Shown here one piece after another: positions 27,729 to 41,975 of a stretch of 64,000 bases of DNA. The position numbers and the translations under genes were made by a program. This stretch comes from Bugula neritina (lineage: Eukaryota > Animalia > Bryozoa). Under the pieces are notes generated by a model. That model was not told the origin of the DNA, searched no databases, and saw only the letters and a program-made list of their open reading frames with translations. The DNA is taken from positions 2,294,001-2,358,000 of the forward strand of contig OZ037772.1 in assembly GCA_964035545.1 (NCBI GenBank), written 5' to 3'. Numbering within the stretch: position 1 is the first letter of the stretch; each line of letters starts with the position of its first letter.

Positions 27729-30700
27729 AACTATTTACCATTTACTGCAAGTGACACAGGTCTGTGGCAGGCAGGTGAGGCACGTCTGTTGTCTCCCCTT
27801 TTATAAGCTATTGAAACTTTTTGTGGGCTAGAAATCCAGCCGTTACACTACAAATTACTCTTTAATTGCAGCTTTAAAAGAAATATATTAGCAAGCTTCT
27901 GAATGTGCCTTGAATTTTTTTTCAATTTTTAGCAGTAACTTATAGGTTGAATGCTAAAAATTAGTGGTCTAATATACAAGCTTCTTCGAAACTGCTTCCA
28001 ACACTTAGCAATTAGGCATTTTGTTTGCAAGAGCAGACGTTTCAGAACTTGTCTTTGTTACTGCTTTTATGTACTTTTTATTTAATCTTACACAGCATAA
28101 TTAAGGAGGCTTATTTGTTAATGCAGTTAAACTTTCTAGCAGTCAAAATATATAAGTTACCACTGGTAAACTAAATTTTCTTACTGGCCTTACCTAGCAT
28201 AAATATATTGATAATTTAAATATTGGCACTCAACAATTTGTAAGCTAGTATATAGCAGTTTATGCACAATCTCACAATACGAGCAACTGGTTTATCTCTC
28301 TTTTTGTCCTAATGCTAGAGAGACAAATTAACATAATATTTATGACAAGCACCAAATTTCCTCCTAATTTTCTTGTTTGAGTATCAGTCTATACTACTAT
28401 CATTATGCTATAGCCTTGTAAATTAAGGCAAGTGGACAACTTTTCTTCTACAATGTGTAAGACATCTTCCATTGAAATACAGAATGTTTAATGCATGCTT
28501 TATAAACATCAGCAAGACTTTCCTGGTATTTTAGTAATATATTATTGAACTTTTCTTTCAATTGTTTTCCAAAACTATTGTGTGTAAGGCAATGCTACTT
28601 TAAATCTTAATTAAACAACTTGGCTATATAATTACAGGTTATTAACTAAAGCTTGCCAATTTTCACAAAAGCTAGACTTCAGAATAAGCAATTTTGGCTA
28701 GCTTTGCAGCTAGCCTACCTTGACACAGAGCAATCCAGTAAGTTGTGTATATGGTAAATGTTTCAAAGTTTCATAAAAAGCTCTTTCAGTACCTCTTTTC
28801 ACAAATTGATAACAATAATAATAATGCAAAATATTAGGATAGAGATACGAACTGGACAACAATGTATGGCACTACCATTAAAAATGTTTTTATACTTTTT
28901 ATACTTTTAGCATATTTTAAAACTTATTTACCTTGTAAGAGCAAAATATAACAGCTAGTACTCAGTAATAAAAAGCAATTTTAATCCTCTGTCTGTAAGC
29001 CAGAGTATGGCAAGCAAAGCACCCTGGACTATCAATAGGTTACAAGTGTTAAAGAATAATATATTGTTTGGAGTTTATATGGAGGGGAGTTGCCAATTGG
29101 AATTAAACTGAATTGTTACTCTTAGAGACAGACGACCAGTGTAACACTGGTGCTACATGCCTTTTTCAAACTTTAAAACTAGTTGCTGAATTGGTTTCCC
29201 TGTTTTGAAAATTTTTCAAGTAAAATAATACAGCTAGAAAAAATATTGTTCACGCAATGGGTGAATATCAAAATCTAAATTTCTTGCTAGTCATATAATT
29301 TGACTACCAACACAAGAAAAGAGTAAGACATGTATAAATAGTTTTCAATAATATGTGTTAATAACTTTGAATTTAATATCTCTTGATTCCCATTAGGTTT
29401 ATTGTGAATGAAACTTGGTGTATCTTATATGCTACAGGGTCTAATATTTATAGTCGCAAAAGTAAGCTGCAAGCATTTCTTAACATCTCCTATACTATTA
29501 TAAAAGTTCACGTTGTAGTGACAGCAGACAAAATTTTCAGCTATTATGCTCAGTCAGTTGAAGAAGGTCTCTCATAGAGACTATAAACTTTGCATGTACT
29601 GAGATAACGCAAAACCAAGAAAAATAGAACAGCTAGCTTGAAGATTTTTCTTTATTGTATACAGTATTTGAGGGTAAACTTCTTCAAAAGAATTTATAAT
29701 TATGACAGTGCTTTTGAAGTTGCGGCCAAATAGGCTAATTCCAGGGTTTTTTTATAAGGCTCAAACTAAAGTACAACTCTTGGCAGCCATTTTTAGTACA
29801 TTAAAAACTTTTAAGCTTACTTAAGCTTCCTGATTATTATGATGATGAAAAGAAACTACAGAGCTACAAAGGGTTCATTATCTTTTGCATAATTATAGGG
29901 ATGCAGTCTCCCTCTAGACCTTAGTATAGAAGTAATTGCAGGAACAGATAATTTTCTCTGTTACTGTTATAGCAGTATATAAATAAGAAATTTTGTCAAA
30001 CCTGCTATTCTGACACTGGAAAATTACATTTCAGCAAGGTAAAACTTGCTGGGAAACCATATAGTACTTTTAACCACTATATAACCAAATTCTTAGAAAA
30101 AATGCTTGTTTTTACCAAAAGCAAAAATGAAAAGTTGAGCAGCAAGTTGGAGACAGCAAAAGGTATGTATCTTCTTAGGTCGAGTATTATTTTAATTTCT
30201 TCCAGTCTTACCAAAAAATAATAATGTTGTTTCAACTGTAGTTAAATTTATGAGGAAATGTGCAATTTTGTTTCATGTAACAATTTACTAAAAATACAAT
30301 TATCTTTTTTAAATAATTAAAATCATCAAACTGCATAATATGGCTTCTTGTTGATTGGGGAGACAATCAAAAAAACTATATGGTGTAATATAATACCAAA
30401 CATTTTAATTTAATAATGTATACCTGTAAATCATTATTTTGTTTCGAAAGCAACTTTAGCTTGTTACTTTTGTTACTTTGTTTCTAAGAATAATGTTAGA
30501 CCTCTTACGTTAATATATATTTAAAGTTAGTCTGTTCAGTAATTATATTGCCTACTATACTCAAACTTTGTTTTAATGGTGATTGGAACTCTATGAAATA
30601 TATTTTAATAGCTTTGAAGGCCATATATGGATCTCCGTGTTGCAGGAGTTTTGGCAGCTTTCCAAAAACCATTGTGAAATGAAAGCTATTTGTGAAAGCT

Positions 30701-31899
30701 TTCGCGATAGCTATTTGCTGGCTATTTTTATTCAATGAGTCAGTGCAGCTCAATTTTCCTCCTGCTAAAGATGCAGGCAATCTATACTTAATTGTAAGTA
30801 TCAAGTATTATATTATCTTTTGTTTTGAACTTCATTAACTAAATGTTTTGTCAGCTGTGTAATTAATGTTGAGTTAACATGATGTTTGTAATTCTCATGG
30901 TTATAGGTTACAGTATGAGTATCAGTATGAGTTCAAGTCTAAGTCTAACTTAGAAAATATACTGTTGGCAATAAACAAAAAATAGAGTTGGGGCCTGCAT
31001 CTGCGTCCTCAATTCATTCATCCTTTGTTAAGTGAATCATAATACATAGACATCCGTGCCAAACAGCACCCGTGCTGGCGCAGCAACAATTATCAGCTGA
31101 TACAGCAACCAGTATCGGCTGTCACACTCTGCACTGGCAATTTTTAATCAGCTTGCATTGAAAATATGGACAACAGTTATCTATTTATTGTATTTAGACT
31201 GAGAACATATACATTGTTTAAAATTATAATGATTACTTATGGCTTATCATAATATAAAATATTAGCTACATTATGCTAGCACTTCATGTATATTTATACA
31301 TATAATAAATTATAGTATCTATATATATTTTGATCTTGTACTTATTAAATTTAATATATATTATGCAATATTTAAAGTGTTTTAAAGCATGATCTCAGAC
31401 TTTATATAACATTTTTGTAACACACACTCAAGAGCCTTCAGTTTTTCTTATTAACATTTTTGGATTAAATGCACGGAATAACACTCAGATATAAAATTGT
31501 ATTTACATGCATCTTCCTTCTTTTGTAGACTCAGCTTCTATCGTTCAAAGTGCTTTTAATAATTTGATTAGAAGAGCAAAGTTGGACAATGACAGTGAAT
31601 CTTTATTTGGTGAGAAAGCCATAAAAAATTTACTTTAATTCTAATCTTGATGAAATGAATTGTTATTTAAAATTCCCCGGTTATCAAACCAGGTTTTGTG
31701 ATTAGTAAGCACTAGGGTGGGTGATTGTAATTTTGTCTATCAAAATGTTACATGTAGCTAAAACTTCACAACTATTTTATTAGATAGAGTTTTTAGGTAA
31801 TATTTGCTAAGTTGCATTTATACCTTCCAAATTTTCAGTCAGCAATTAAATTCAAGTTGAAATGTCACAGAGTTTTAGTAAGACTATATAAGGGTGCAC

Positions 31900-32925
31900 T
31901 CTGAAGAGTGTTATTAACTGAAACAGAACTACTTTGTTCAAGAGAAGTATAAACACAACTTTAGACTTATTACTGACTTATCTGCACGTATTTTGAGTAT
32001 AGCACTATTATTGTCCATGAATTTCAGTTGCCATGAATGCAAGTCTACTTGAAGCTACATGTATATTTGACACTGCACTTCTTTTTATTGCATTCAACCT
32101 AAAAAGGTAAAATGGTTGCAGTTAAAGCTTTAATGTTTTAGCTATGTGTTCAGTGACTGCATTTATTCTGCCGTTTTCCTGGATCTGCAGACTGCTCTGA
32201 AGTGGTTGGATTTCTTGCAGTTACTACACTGTTTACCGTAAGCATTTTCGGGAGGATGAGAGTTGCCACAGTTTCCACAGTTAAACTTGGCAGGATTATT
32301 CGCTTCCTTGTCAGTTGTGCGTAAGTACAGTTTGGCACTTTTGTTTGCTTTAGTGGCCTTGAGACCAAGTGTATGAATTGATTCTCCTTCCGCTTTAATA
32401 GTCTTCATATCACTCTGAGAGCTCTCAGCCACTTTGCACTTTTTAATAGCTTTTTTGAGGTCTATGTTTTCTGACTCCTCAAACAATTTTCTCCAAAGTT
32501 GTTCATGTCGTTGATGCCAAGAAGAAAGGCCTGCATAAAAAAATCATCATACATGTCACCAAGGTCACATTTTCTGACGATCCTATGTAAGTTGGTGACA
32601 TACTCATCTATTGATAAGCATTCCTGTTTTGTCGATAGCAGTTGATGTCTTTTGATTATTTTGTTGGAGGTCTTTTTACAAAAGTTGTCAAATTTTCCTA
32701 TATAGGACATCCTTGTAAACCTCTTTAAATTCTCCTTCCCCAAACTTGAAACTTTTGAATATGTCTACGTACCTCTCGGTCTAATGGTCCGCATTAGAAT
32801 GGCCATTTTTATTTTATCTTCTTTATCAGATTTTTCTGAGGCTATTAGATAATAGTTGAACTCTTCCTTGAAGCAGGACCATTGGGTGGACAACTCTGCA
32901 CCATCTTGCGCAGTTCTTTAGCAAT
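31900..32925 (-). mobile_element. Degenerate Ty3/Gypsy gag (plus possible protease remnant)
   Basis: ...SEKSDKEDKIKMAILMRT..., QECLSIDEYVTNLHRIVRKCDLG, IDLKKAIKKCKVAESS, and zinc knuckles CGNCGNSHPP / AYGKQCSNCKKSNHFRAVC; many frameshifts. Confidence 0.75.
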
Positions 32926-34100
32926 CACCCCACTAACAATTTACATTGATATGACGTTGTATAAATGTTAGGCAGAATGTTTAATAAACGTTTAAATGTC
33001 GACACATTTTTGTACTATATACAACGTTTAAAACAAACGTCTATCTCAAAAAGTTTCACCAACATTCCATAAACGTTGTGTTGCATAACGTTGTGTAGAT
33101 GGTTTTCATATAACGTTGGTGAAAGGTTTGCGATCCTACACCGATCTCTGTAATGGCTACTTTATTTTGTTAAGAAAAATGAAAAACAACAGAACAAAAA
33201 CCTCATCTTGCAAACTTGTTTTTTTATACTTATCCCCTCCCAGTTGATAAGAGCACTGCGGCAAAAATAGCAATACTTCAATCTCTATATCTATTTCTTT
33301 ATTACTTTTACTTTTCAGCAGAGCTTCTGAAATATAATTAGAAAGTAAAACTTAGTGAATGCAGTAAATTTTTAGATGAGCAATTATTCTAAACTCAACA
33401 ACCCAACAACTATTTTAACTGCTGATGCAGCCCCAGAGATTTGATAAGTTTTGATACAGATTTTATTTCAATATATTTTTAGAGACAGCTTTTTATGTTG
33501 TTTATGGGCTTTGCCCTTCATACTGAATTGGCTCCACAGCCCATTGGTGCCTATTCTTCTCATGGCTCTTTTCACCATATCTGCGCAGTTTTTTCCTCCC
33601 AGTTGGAAAAGAAACTTTGTTTACAACATTAATGCACCTATATTTCATAGCATGAATTTACATGAATACATTCAATGTGTTATTGCAGTGGGGCAAATAT
33701 TTTTTCTAACACTTTAATGAGAAACATTCCATAAGAGAAACACACTTTATAGCTTGAAAATCTACAGTTCACTAGAAATTGTATTCTAATATCAACTACG
33801 CCAGGATGTTATATATTGCATGTTATACACCAAAAGTTTTTAAACTAGCTATACAATCTATATTATATAGTAGTATACTATGTACCAGAGCAGAACGTTT
33901 TTCTCTTGAGGATTGGAGAAGTTCTTCAAGAGATTCAAACTCTTGTATTGTTTTTAGCGGCTCCTCCAGCTGCTCAGTTATATTGTCTTTGCCACTATGG
34001 CTATCAGTGACTATAGCCATCAGTTTTTTCTGCCCATCCAGCACCTCCTTTAGTTGTTTCTTCATGTCCGTAAAATTTCATACTATATATGACCTAAAAC
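32926..34100 (-). mobile_element. CACTA/EnSpm-like DNA transposon remnant with spliced DUF4806-like accessory gene
   Basis: End motif CCCCACTAACA followed by repeated subterminal AACGTT (32950-33130). Exon-like pieces KKQLKEVLDGQKKL...EEPLKTIQEFESLEELLQSSREKRSALV and FQLGGKNCADMVKRAMRRIGTNGLWSQFSMKGK resemble DUF4806 proteins. Confidence 0.55.
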
Positions 34101-35253
34101 TAAGATCTAGTTTATAACTGTCTTATATTAGTATTTAGATTAACTACAAATAAATGCTTTTGTGACTTATCTAAGACCAAAGCAATTTTGTCAAGTCACC
34201 AAGCTCAAGACTCTGCTCAACAAAAGCATCCTTTTGTTCTGAAAACTACAGGAGAACATGTGATTGCAACTCTTTGGCTGAAAACTTGTATAAATACAGA
34301 AATTTGATTATAGTACATTACTAAGCACCTTCTATATGTCTTTCTTGAATGTTTCAATAGGATCAGCTGGTCCGGCGCTGAAGCTGTTATTTTCATCTAT
34401 TTATTGTACTTTAAAACAGGAAAAATATCCTAGATAAAAGTGTCTTGTCATACTGATAATTTAATACAATCATCATCACATTAAAGTAATTGTATGTTAT
34501 GCCAATTGTAACTATAAAACATTTTCAAAGTGTCAACACAAACCTTCCATGGCTTGTTGAGCTGCATGATACCTCTCCAATATTTTCAACATTGCTAACT
34601 AAAAATAAACAAAACATTAAATAAGTAATTCTAATTGAACATTTAAATCTCATTTGAAGATGCATGCAGAACAGAAATTTAGACTGCATGATAGTAAGTG
34701 CTATGATTCATTGATCAAACAAATTTAAATTAGTAAAGCCTCTTTGATGTCGAAGCTATAAACTCCAAACAATACCACAGGTACATTCTTAGCTAATATA
34801 ATCACGATACTGTAGTAAACTGTGGGTTATGAATGCAACTAGTGTCTGAACATACTCTTTGTTAGAGAGAATAAGCCAAGTATTTGAGTACAAACGAAAG
34901 ATAACTTTTATTGTATCAACTCTAATAATAATTTTATTACTGTTTTTTGTCCCAAATCAAATAAAATTGGAATGTTATTTTAGATAGTTTAGATTAGTTA
35001 CTGCAGCTATTAGCATATTACTTATTTAACAATCAATCTTGCAGTTTATAGCAGCATACCAAAATAATATGAAAATCTAAAACATGAGTGCTTAATAAAA
35101 ATTAACTCTAGGTACATATAATGTTTATACCAAATGACTATTCTACATTACTTAGATGCATGCTGTTCAAACAATGAATATATTAGGTAACAGAACATAT
35201 GATTTATTTTAACTTGGATATAAGACAAATATGTGCATCCAAAAAGTTTTTAT

Positions 35254-35566
35254 TAATATCTGTTCATTTTGTCAAATGGAGTAAAGTTTCAACTTTTTTC
35301 AATCATTTCTCTTTTCAACTCTTGCTTTGTAGCTGAAGTGTGTTTCACCTCCCTCCCCAGAGAGCTTTGTGGTCTCCTCGCCTCCTTCCTCTTCTAGTCC
35401 AAAAGTGTGTTCAAACTAGCCGCCATAATTGAGAATGACAAGTCGTGACCTAAAACTACTTTCTTCCAGTTGACCTTGACATTGCGTGCTGGCCTTGACC
35501 TCCATTTCCTTCCTCTTCTAGCTGACATTTCCTTCTATAGTTCCATGTGAGCATACAAAATTATAT
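35254..35566 (+). pseudogene. Duplicated fragment (intron end + last exon + 3' UTR) of the gene at 14145-15902
   Basis: Colinear with 15766-16072, e.g. TTGTAG-TGAAGTGTGTTT-ACCTCCCTCCCCAGAGAGCT...CTTCCAGTTGACCTTGACATTGCG. Confidence 0.9.
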
Positions 35567-36168
35567 ATGCCAAGAAGATGCCAAGAAGAAAGGCCTGCAT
35601 AAAAAAGACATCATACATGTCAACAAGGTCACATTTTCTGGCGATCTCATGTAAGTTGGTGACTTCTTGTTTTGTCGATAGCAGTTGATGTCTTTTGATT
35701 ATTTTGTTGGAGGTCTTTTTCCAAAAATTGTCAAATTTTCCTATATAGGACATCCTTGTAAACCTCTTTAGATTCTCCTTCCCCAAACTTGAAACTTTTG
35801 AATATGTCTACACCTCTGGGTCTAATGGTCCGCATTAGAATGGCCATTTTTGTTTTATCCTCTTTATCAGATTTTTCTGCGCTTGAAAGCCTTGCCACAG
35901 ACATCACATGGAAATGGTCTTTCACCTGCAAACACAAAAAAACAATATTTAAAAATATGTCTCTGGTATTGAGTGAAGTTTTGTCTATCAAGCTCATAAA
36001 CAATGTAAGTTGGTGACATACTCATCTATTGATAGCAGTTGATGTCTCTTGATTATTTTCTTGAAGGTCTTTTTACAAAAGTTGTCAAATTTTTCTAGGA
36101 CATCCTTGTGAACCTCTATAGATTCTCCTTCCCCAAATTTGAAACTTTTGAATATGTCCACACCTCTG
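35567..36168 (-). mobile_element. Two further partial copies of the Gypsy gag segment, flanking a captured C2H2 zinc-finger exon fragment
   Basis: 35567-35878 matches 32514-32838; 36003-36168 matches part of 32585-32775. Between them lies TTTGCAG|(G)ERPFPCDVCGKAFKR at 35879-35925. Confidence 0.75.
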
Positions 36169-37210
36169 GAAAAGCTATCTTTTGGTTTTTGCGACTTAGG
36201 ACCCTTATTTTCTTTTTTTTCTCTTTTTGTTTTTTAATAGGAAAATACAAGATTATTCTTGAGCCTGAAACTTACCAACAATAACATTTTGGGAACTTTA
36301 ATTAGAGCTGAAAAACATTACAAGCGCTTACTTTTATTTATCCACTTTAATTCAAAGTCTTTTGTTGGAGATGACCTCTGCACTCCAACGGTGTACCGAG
36401 TCCCTAGAAAGACAAGGATGCTATGCCAGTTAAACATACTAGGATGAGTAAGAGCTGTACAAGTACATTGTACAAGAGCAGCTGTAACATTCATACTTGT
36501 TATATGCTAAGAATAATTATAAATTAATTTTGGATTTAGTCTCTTGTTATTTGGTTAAAATCCTCGAAGTAAGTTATTAGCCTTCAAAGTCTTTTGCTTT
36601 GAACTGGTAATTTGATGTATATTTTTATTCAACTTCAATTGAATTGTTAAGGAGCTAGTAACGTTTATCTATTACAGAAATTCTAATTAGGCTAAATTTT
36701 TTACAAAGCTCTCACCCCGCTGTCTCAAAAACAAGTTATCTAATGCTTATAACATAACTAGACTAAAATCAGAAAATAACAGAGTGATAACCTTGGTAGT
36801 ACTAAAACACCGACGAATATGATATCTAGAAAATGATATTCAATGTAACCGTTATGTGATAAGTTGTTAAGCGGAAGTGGTAATATTTGTATCATTATTC
36901 TCAGAAAATTCTTTAAAAAAGCTATATCCTTGATGGAAGGCATGATTATACATATACTGTCCTTTGTGTTTAATTCTTACTTCTGAACTTTACAAGTTAT
37001 ATCTCTGAGATATTCTGTCAGCTTGCTAAAATATGGCTTTGGCGATGCTAAGGTTTGTTTGAGATTTCCAGTAAGATGGCTGCTGCAACAGGTTGATGCA
37101 ATTATAAATTCTTATATCTGCTCCATCACGGTATGTAGACTACAGTTTATCTACATCATTCAAGAAAGAATATAAAACACATTCAAAAGTTTTATGATGC
37201 ATGAGGCCCA

Positions 37211-37301
37211 ATAATTGAGTGAAGTTAAAAGTTCAAATGTACAAGTTTTGAGTAAGTTAAATATTTTGGTCTTGCATAGAAATTGCTTAATGCATTAATA
37301 A

Positions 37302-37345
<44 letters not shown>

Positions 37346-37430
37346 TTATTAATGCATTAAGCAATTTCTATGCAAGACCAAAATATCTAACTTACTCAAA
37401 ACTTGTACATTTGAACTTTTAACTTCACTC

Positions 37431-37518
<88 letters not shown>
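37211..37518. repeat. ~226-bp palindrome centred on (TA)n, followed by a second (TA)n run
   Basis: 37211-37310 is the reverse complement of ~37337-37436 with one mismatch. Confidence 0.9.
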
Positions 37519-37520
<2 letters not shown>

Positions 37521-39229
37521 CACATGGTTTTATAGCTTCTTTAGATAATGCAAATAGTATTATTTAGTAGTGTGGCTTTTAGATAAGTAATTGTGTTAGG
37601 ATAGTACCACATGCTATTTTCACGTGTTGAAATTTGTAATTAAAGTAAAACACTAATTGATGAATAAATAAGCTGAAGCTGAAACATATAGCAGATGCTG
37701 TTCATAAATAGAGATACACATATTATATTATGTGTAAATATTTGTTTACACCAACAGGTATATGATGATATAGCCCACAATATACAATGATGAGCCAATA
37801 ACAACAGATCCTTCTTACTTCAATCCCTATCTTGGCTGTAAAGCTGCCAACAAACCTAACTGAGTTCTACGTCAGTCTGCCGCCGGTTTTCATTGGCCAG
37901 TTATTGTCGGTATCCTTAAAATCTGAACCATTGCCAAAAAGATTTGGTATAAAAGGAGCTGAATTTCTGAAAATAGAAAAAGGATGAATGATAAATGAAG
38001 AATGAAGATATAAAAGAAGATAAAGGCAGCTAAAGACGATTGGAGCATAGAAGATATAGCAGCAGTAATAATTAAATTAGGAGGGACGTCTAGAAAATTG
38101 ACTAATTGATACAAATATCGATAATATAGACTGGCTGCAGTAAGTAATATTACAATTTTATGTTAAGGATATTCTTAACCTCTTTTGTTATTTAGACTAA
38201 CAAGTGTATTAGTTTTCTTTAAAAGCAGCAAAAACTTGTTTGAGAAAATTTTGTTTGATTTGATCTATTAATTTTTAAGCGGCATAAATTATTTGAAAAA
38301 AAATTGTTGATTCGATTTATTGATTTACAAACAGCATAAGTTTATTTAAAGAAAATATTTGAGTTAGAAATTTTATCTTAAAGCTGCACAAATTTATATT
38401 TGAATTGAGAAATTTGTTTCTAGTCTACACAAATTATATTGGAGAAAATATTTGGATTTCTGAAGCTGCACAATTTTATATTTGAGAAATATTTGAATTG
38501 GAGAATTTATTTTAAGGCTACAAAAATTTCCATTGAAGGAAATATTTTAATATTGATGTTCTAACTGCAATTCTCTTATGTATTTAATTTGTATAACTTA
38601 TCTATCTCGATTGTCAGACTTATCAATTTATGTTTGCTAGTATTACACAGCAAGATTTCAAAGGATGGCTAGGATAATCTTTGTTTTGGTTTGGTTAATG
38701 TCTTGTAATAGTTTGTTATTGTAATTTTGCTTGCTTCAATATTATCATCAAATAGATAAACATGTTATACAAAACATATATATTATAGTTTCAATTCTTT
38801 TGGTAGAGCAAATCCCAAATTTGTCTCACAGAATAGTAACCTGGGTGCTAACTGTTACACAATACACATAGAACCGCATATTATATTGTTTATGCAGTAA
38901 TAACATTGCCAATCTAAACCATAAGTAAATATTCGTCGAGCAGAGATAACTCCTACTTTTGACAAGTTTGTTGCTGCGAGATGCTTACTTCCATAGCCGT
39001 AGAGGCGCTTATTATACTACTTACTTGAGTTTAAACTTCCAAATGCTGTATTTTTTCTCGTCAGCTTGTTTTCAATAATTCCAGCCATTTGATCTTTTTT
39101 ATACTACTGTAACTAGTGTTTGTGATAGCAGTACAATTGATATTCAAGAAGGAAGTCCATATCATCAGGAAATAGAGCTAAACTTTGACATTAACTCAGA
39201 TTGGCAATGCAATGTCTACATGTTGAGGG

Positions 39230-39700
39230 TACGTTTCTTTACATTTTCCATGGCACATTTCCACGACGTCTGTGACGTGGCTGTTGACAAAGTCCAGAGC
39301 GTGTGTTTTGAGTTGTTCAGCCGAGTGGAGGTCTGCTAGAACCATGGTACCTCACACACATTGTCCATGGAGAGGTTACCAAACAGGGACTCTTCTCTAG
39401 TGCGTACTTATCTGCTGCCGAGAGAAGGTCAGCCACCATCTTGTCTAAATTCTAAATTCTGTTTGTTCTCTATCTCATGCTCAAACATAGCATTGACGAC
39501 AAGAGACCTGACGGAGAGGATGGACTTGTGAACTTTGACCTCTCGCGGTCCGATGGCCAGAGTGACGTCTGAGCAGTTGGAACTTTCTAGAAGGTTGGCC
39601 AATTCTTCACTGAGTCTAGAAGGAGGAACTTTGACGCAGAGGCTGTTGGACTGTCCCGATATGTTTACCGTGTCCCCCACAACCCTATCCTCACAGAATA
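39230..39700 (-). pseudogene. SPOP: SPOP-like (BTB-BACK) intronless pseudogene fragment
   Basis: FCE..VVGDTVNISGQSN...KVPPSRLSEELANLLE...SDVTL...KVHKSILSVRS..NAMFEHE, then after deletions and frameshifts [48 protein letters not shown]. Matches the SPOP MATH-end/BTB/BACK sequence; no introns. Confidence 0.8.
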
Positions 39701-41235
39701 TTGTTGAGGGCTTCAAAAACTATTTGGCACCTTTCTACAAAAATATTTGCATTGTATATATTGAGTAACTAAACACTGAAGAACGCTAATGTCCTAAAGA
39801 CACATGTGAAGAGTGTCTATCATGTTTTATTTGGATACGACTACTTCACTGGTGCCGTTGATATCATGAAATTGTATAACATTGCTCAATTAGCACCAGC
39901 ATTGTGTAACATAAGTTGTAACAGAAGTAAATTATCTGATTATACAGCAATGAGTATTACTTACTGCTGTGGTGTGTTGTGTGAATGTCAAACTAAAATT
40001 TTCAATCAAATTGCTTTTTTTGGTAAATTTATGTTTATTAGGAGTTACTTCCCCTGCTAACTTCCTTTATTATTTTTTCAGCATAATTTTTTAGTAACTA
40101 ACAACAATTTTTTGTATATATGTTACAATAAAGCTTTAATTACAATAAAATGTTGTTTTAACACTGAGTAGTTTTTTCAACTGTAATTCAAATACTTTCT
40201 TACACAAATATTATGTTTTGTATGTAAATGTAGCTTTATAGTATTTTCATTTGAGTAATCTTATACTATATTATTTATTACAAGCTGACAGTGCTGTATG
40301 ATCTTTAGCTTATAGACCTTATTATTCAATATTATTTCTGGATTCAATATTTATTGGGAGTTGCATCTCTCGCTTCTTTTATAAATATCAACAACGATAT
40401 ACAGTTATATACATTTAATTCTTTTACTATGAATAAAAGCTGATACAATAATTTTAAAATCTTATTTTTAAACATATTATATAGCATTTATTTCAAAAAA
40501 AATCTTAGTAATTTCTTCAACAAAAATTGGACACTTTTCTATAAGAAATTTGCATTGTATATACAAAATAGTTTGCAATTATTCGATAAACTGTAGCAGG
40601 CCTAAGATTACTCCACCAGTGGAGGTAAAAACTTGGTGCCTGGTGAAAGCTCATGACCTAATTGTACTGCAATATCAATACCAACTCTATAGAATACTTA
40701 CTGCATCACAATAGTGTATGAACTTTAGGCTCTAGGAATCTTTCAGGAATATTATTGTGACTGTTTAATCATGTTAATCAGGAGTTACTTCTCTTGCGAA
40801 CTTATTCTACAAGTCCACATTAGTTCTTCAGCATAATTTACTATTATTTATTGAAAAATATTTTTTGATTTGTATTTTATTAACATTTGAAACAAAAAAA
40901 ACAAATTTCGAACAGCAAATGTTCAACTGTATTTAAACACTTGTTTACACAAAATATGATGTGTATGTAAAGGCACATTTTATTTCCTCATCACAGATGT
41001 CATAATAATCATAATAAATAGTAGAATTATTTGTAAGTTGCTATGTGACTGTTAGCCATTGCATAGCATAATATTAGCAGTGACTAACTCATGATAATAG
41101 ACTGACTAATTTATACTGCATTATCATCATCTCTATTAATAGCTCTTCAGCTTACAAATATTGTAAGTTGTAACCTAACAGTCTAGTAACTAGCAATGCA
41201 TGCACTTGGTAATATTCATGTTTACATGTCTTGCT

Positions 41236-41975
41236 CAGAGTTTCCCAACCTGGGAGAAGATTTCTCCTAGGGGAAATACTCGACATTTTAGGGAAGAATT
41301 TGAAATTTGAAAAATTTACAAGGTTTGATAAAGGCTTTTTGGGTTCTTGCAAGTTACATTTATATGTGTATATTTCTGTAAACCTTTATCTTAGCTCCCT
41401 TATTTAGCCAAACTATATTCTGCAATATCAGTTTACTTTGACATGGATGTGTTTATTAATTGCTTTACCCTAATTGCTTTCTGTGCTACTTTCAAATAGA
41501 GGTCAAAAGATTTGCTGCTTAAACTTTTAGCAGCCATGCAAGTCAATCTCTATAAACTTTATACTACATATACCTTGTAAATATATTTGCTACTCTAAAT
41601 AATCTGAGCCTAAACATGCAGGTGTGCAATCATCATATATCATTGCTTTTCATAGCAGCGTCAGTGTTTCTAAAGTTACACTAAAGTGGTGGCGCCTTTT
41701 TCTGAATTCTGGTGTTTTTCCACACACTCAATAAACCTTTATAGGAGAACAGATAAGTTTTCAAAAAAAGTTCTGAGCATCTCTATGAACTCTTGATAGA
41801 GTTGTAACGAAATTTCTCTCAGCTACCTCTCAAAAAGAATGAGCTCGATTCTTAGCTTGACATGTGACAAACTCCAACGCTTTGTCAAAAAGATTCCAGG
41901 AGAATTACAGGAGGATTTCATTGAGTTGGTTCATAATTCAGCAACAAAGGTTGATTTGAAATCTTTTCCAATTGA
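41236..41975 (+). mobile_element. hAT-Charlie/Buster-like remnant
   Basis: TIR-like CAGAGTTTCCCAACCTGGG; degenerate transposase YLVNIFATLNNLSLNMQ at ~41570-41620. Confidence 0.6.

Noticed and set aside
27730-31400. Genes in the AT-rich stretch after the Rex1 element
   Set aside because: Only short ORFs with no motifs or consistent splice chain; possibly old repeat debris that I cannot classify.
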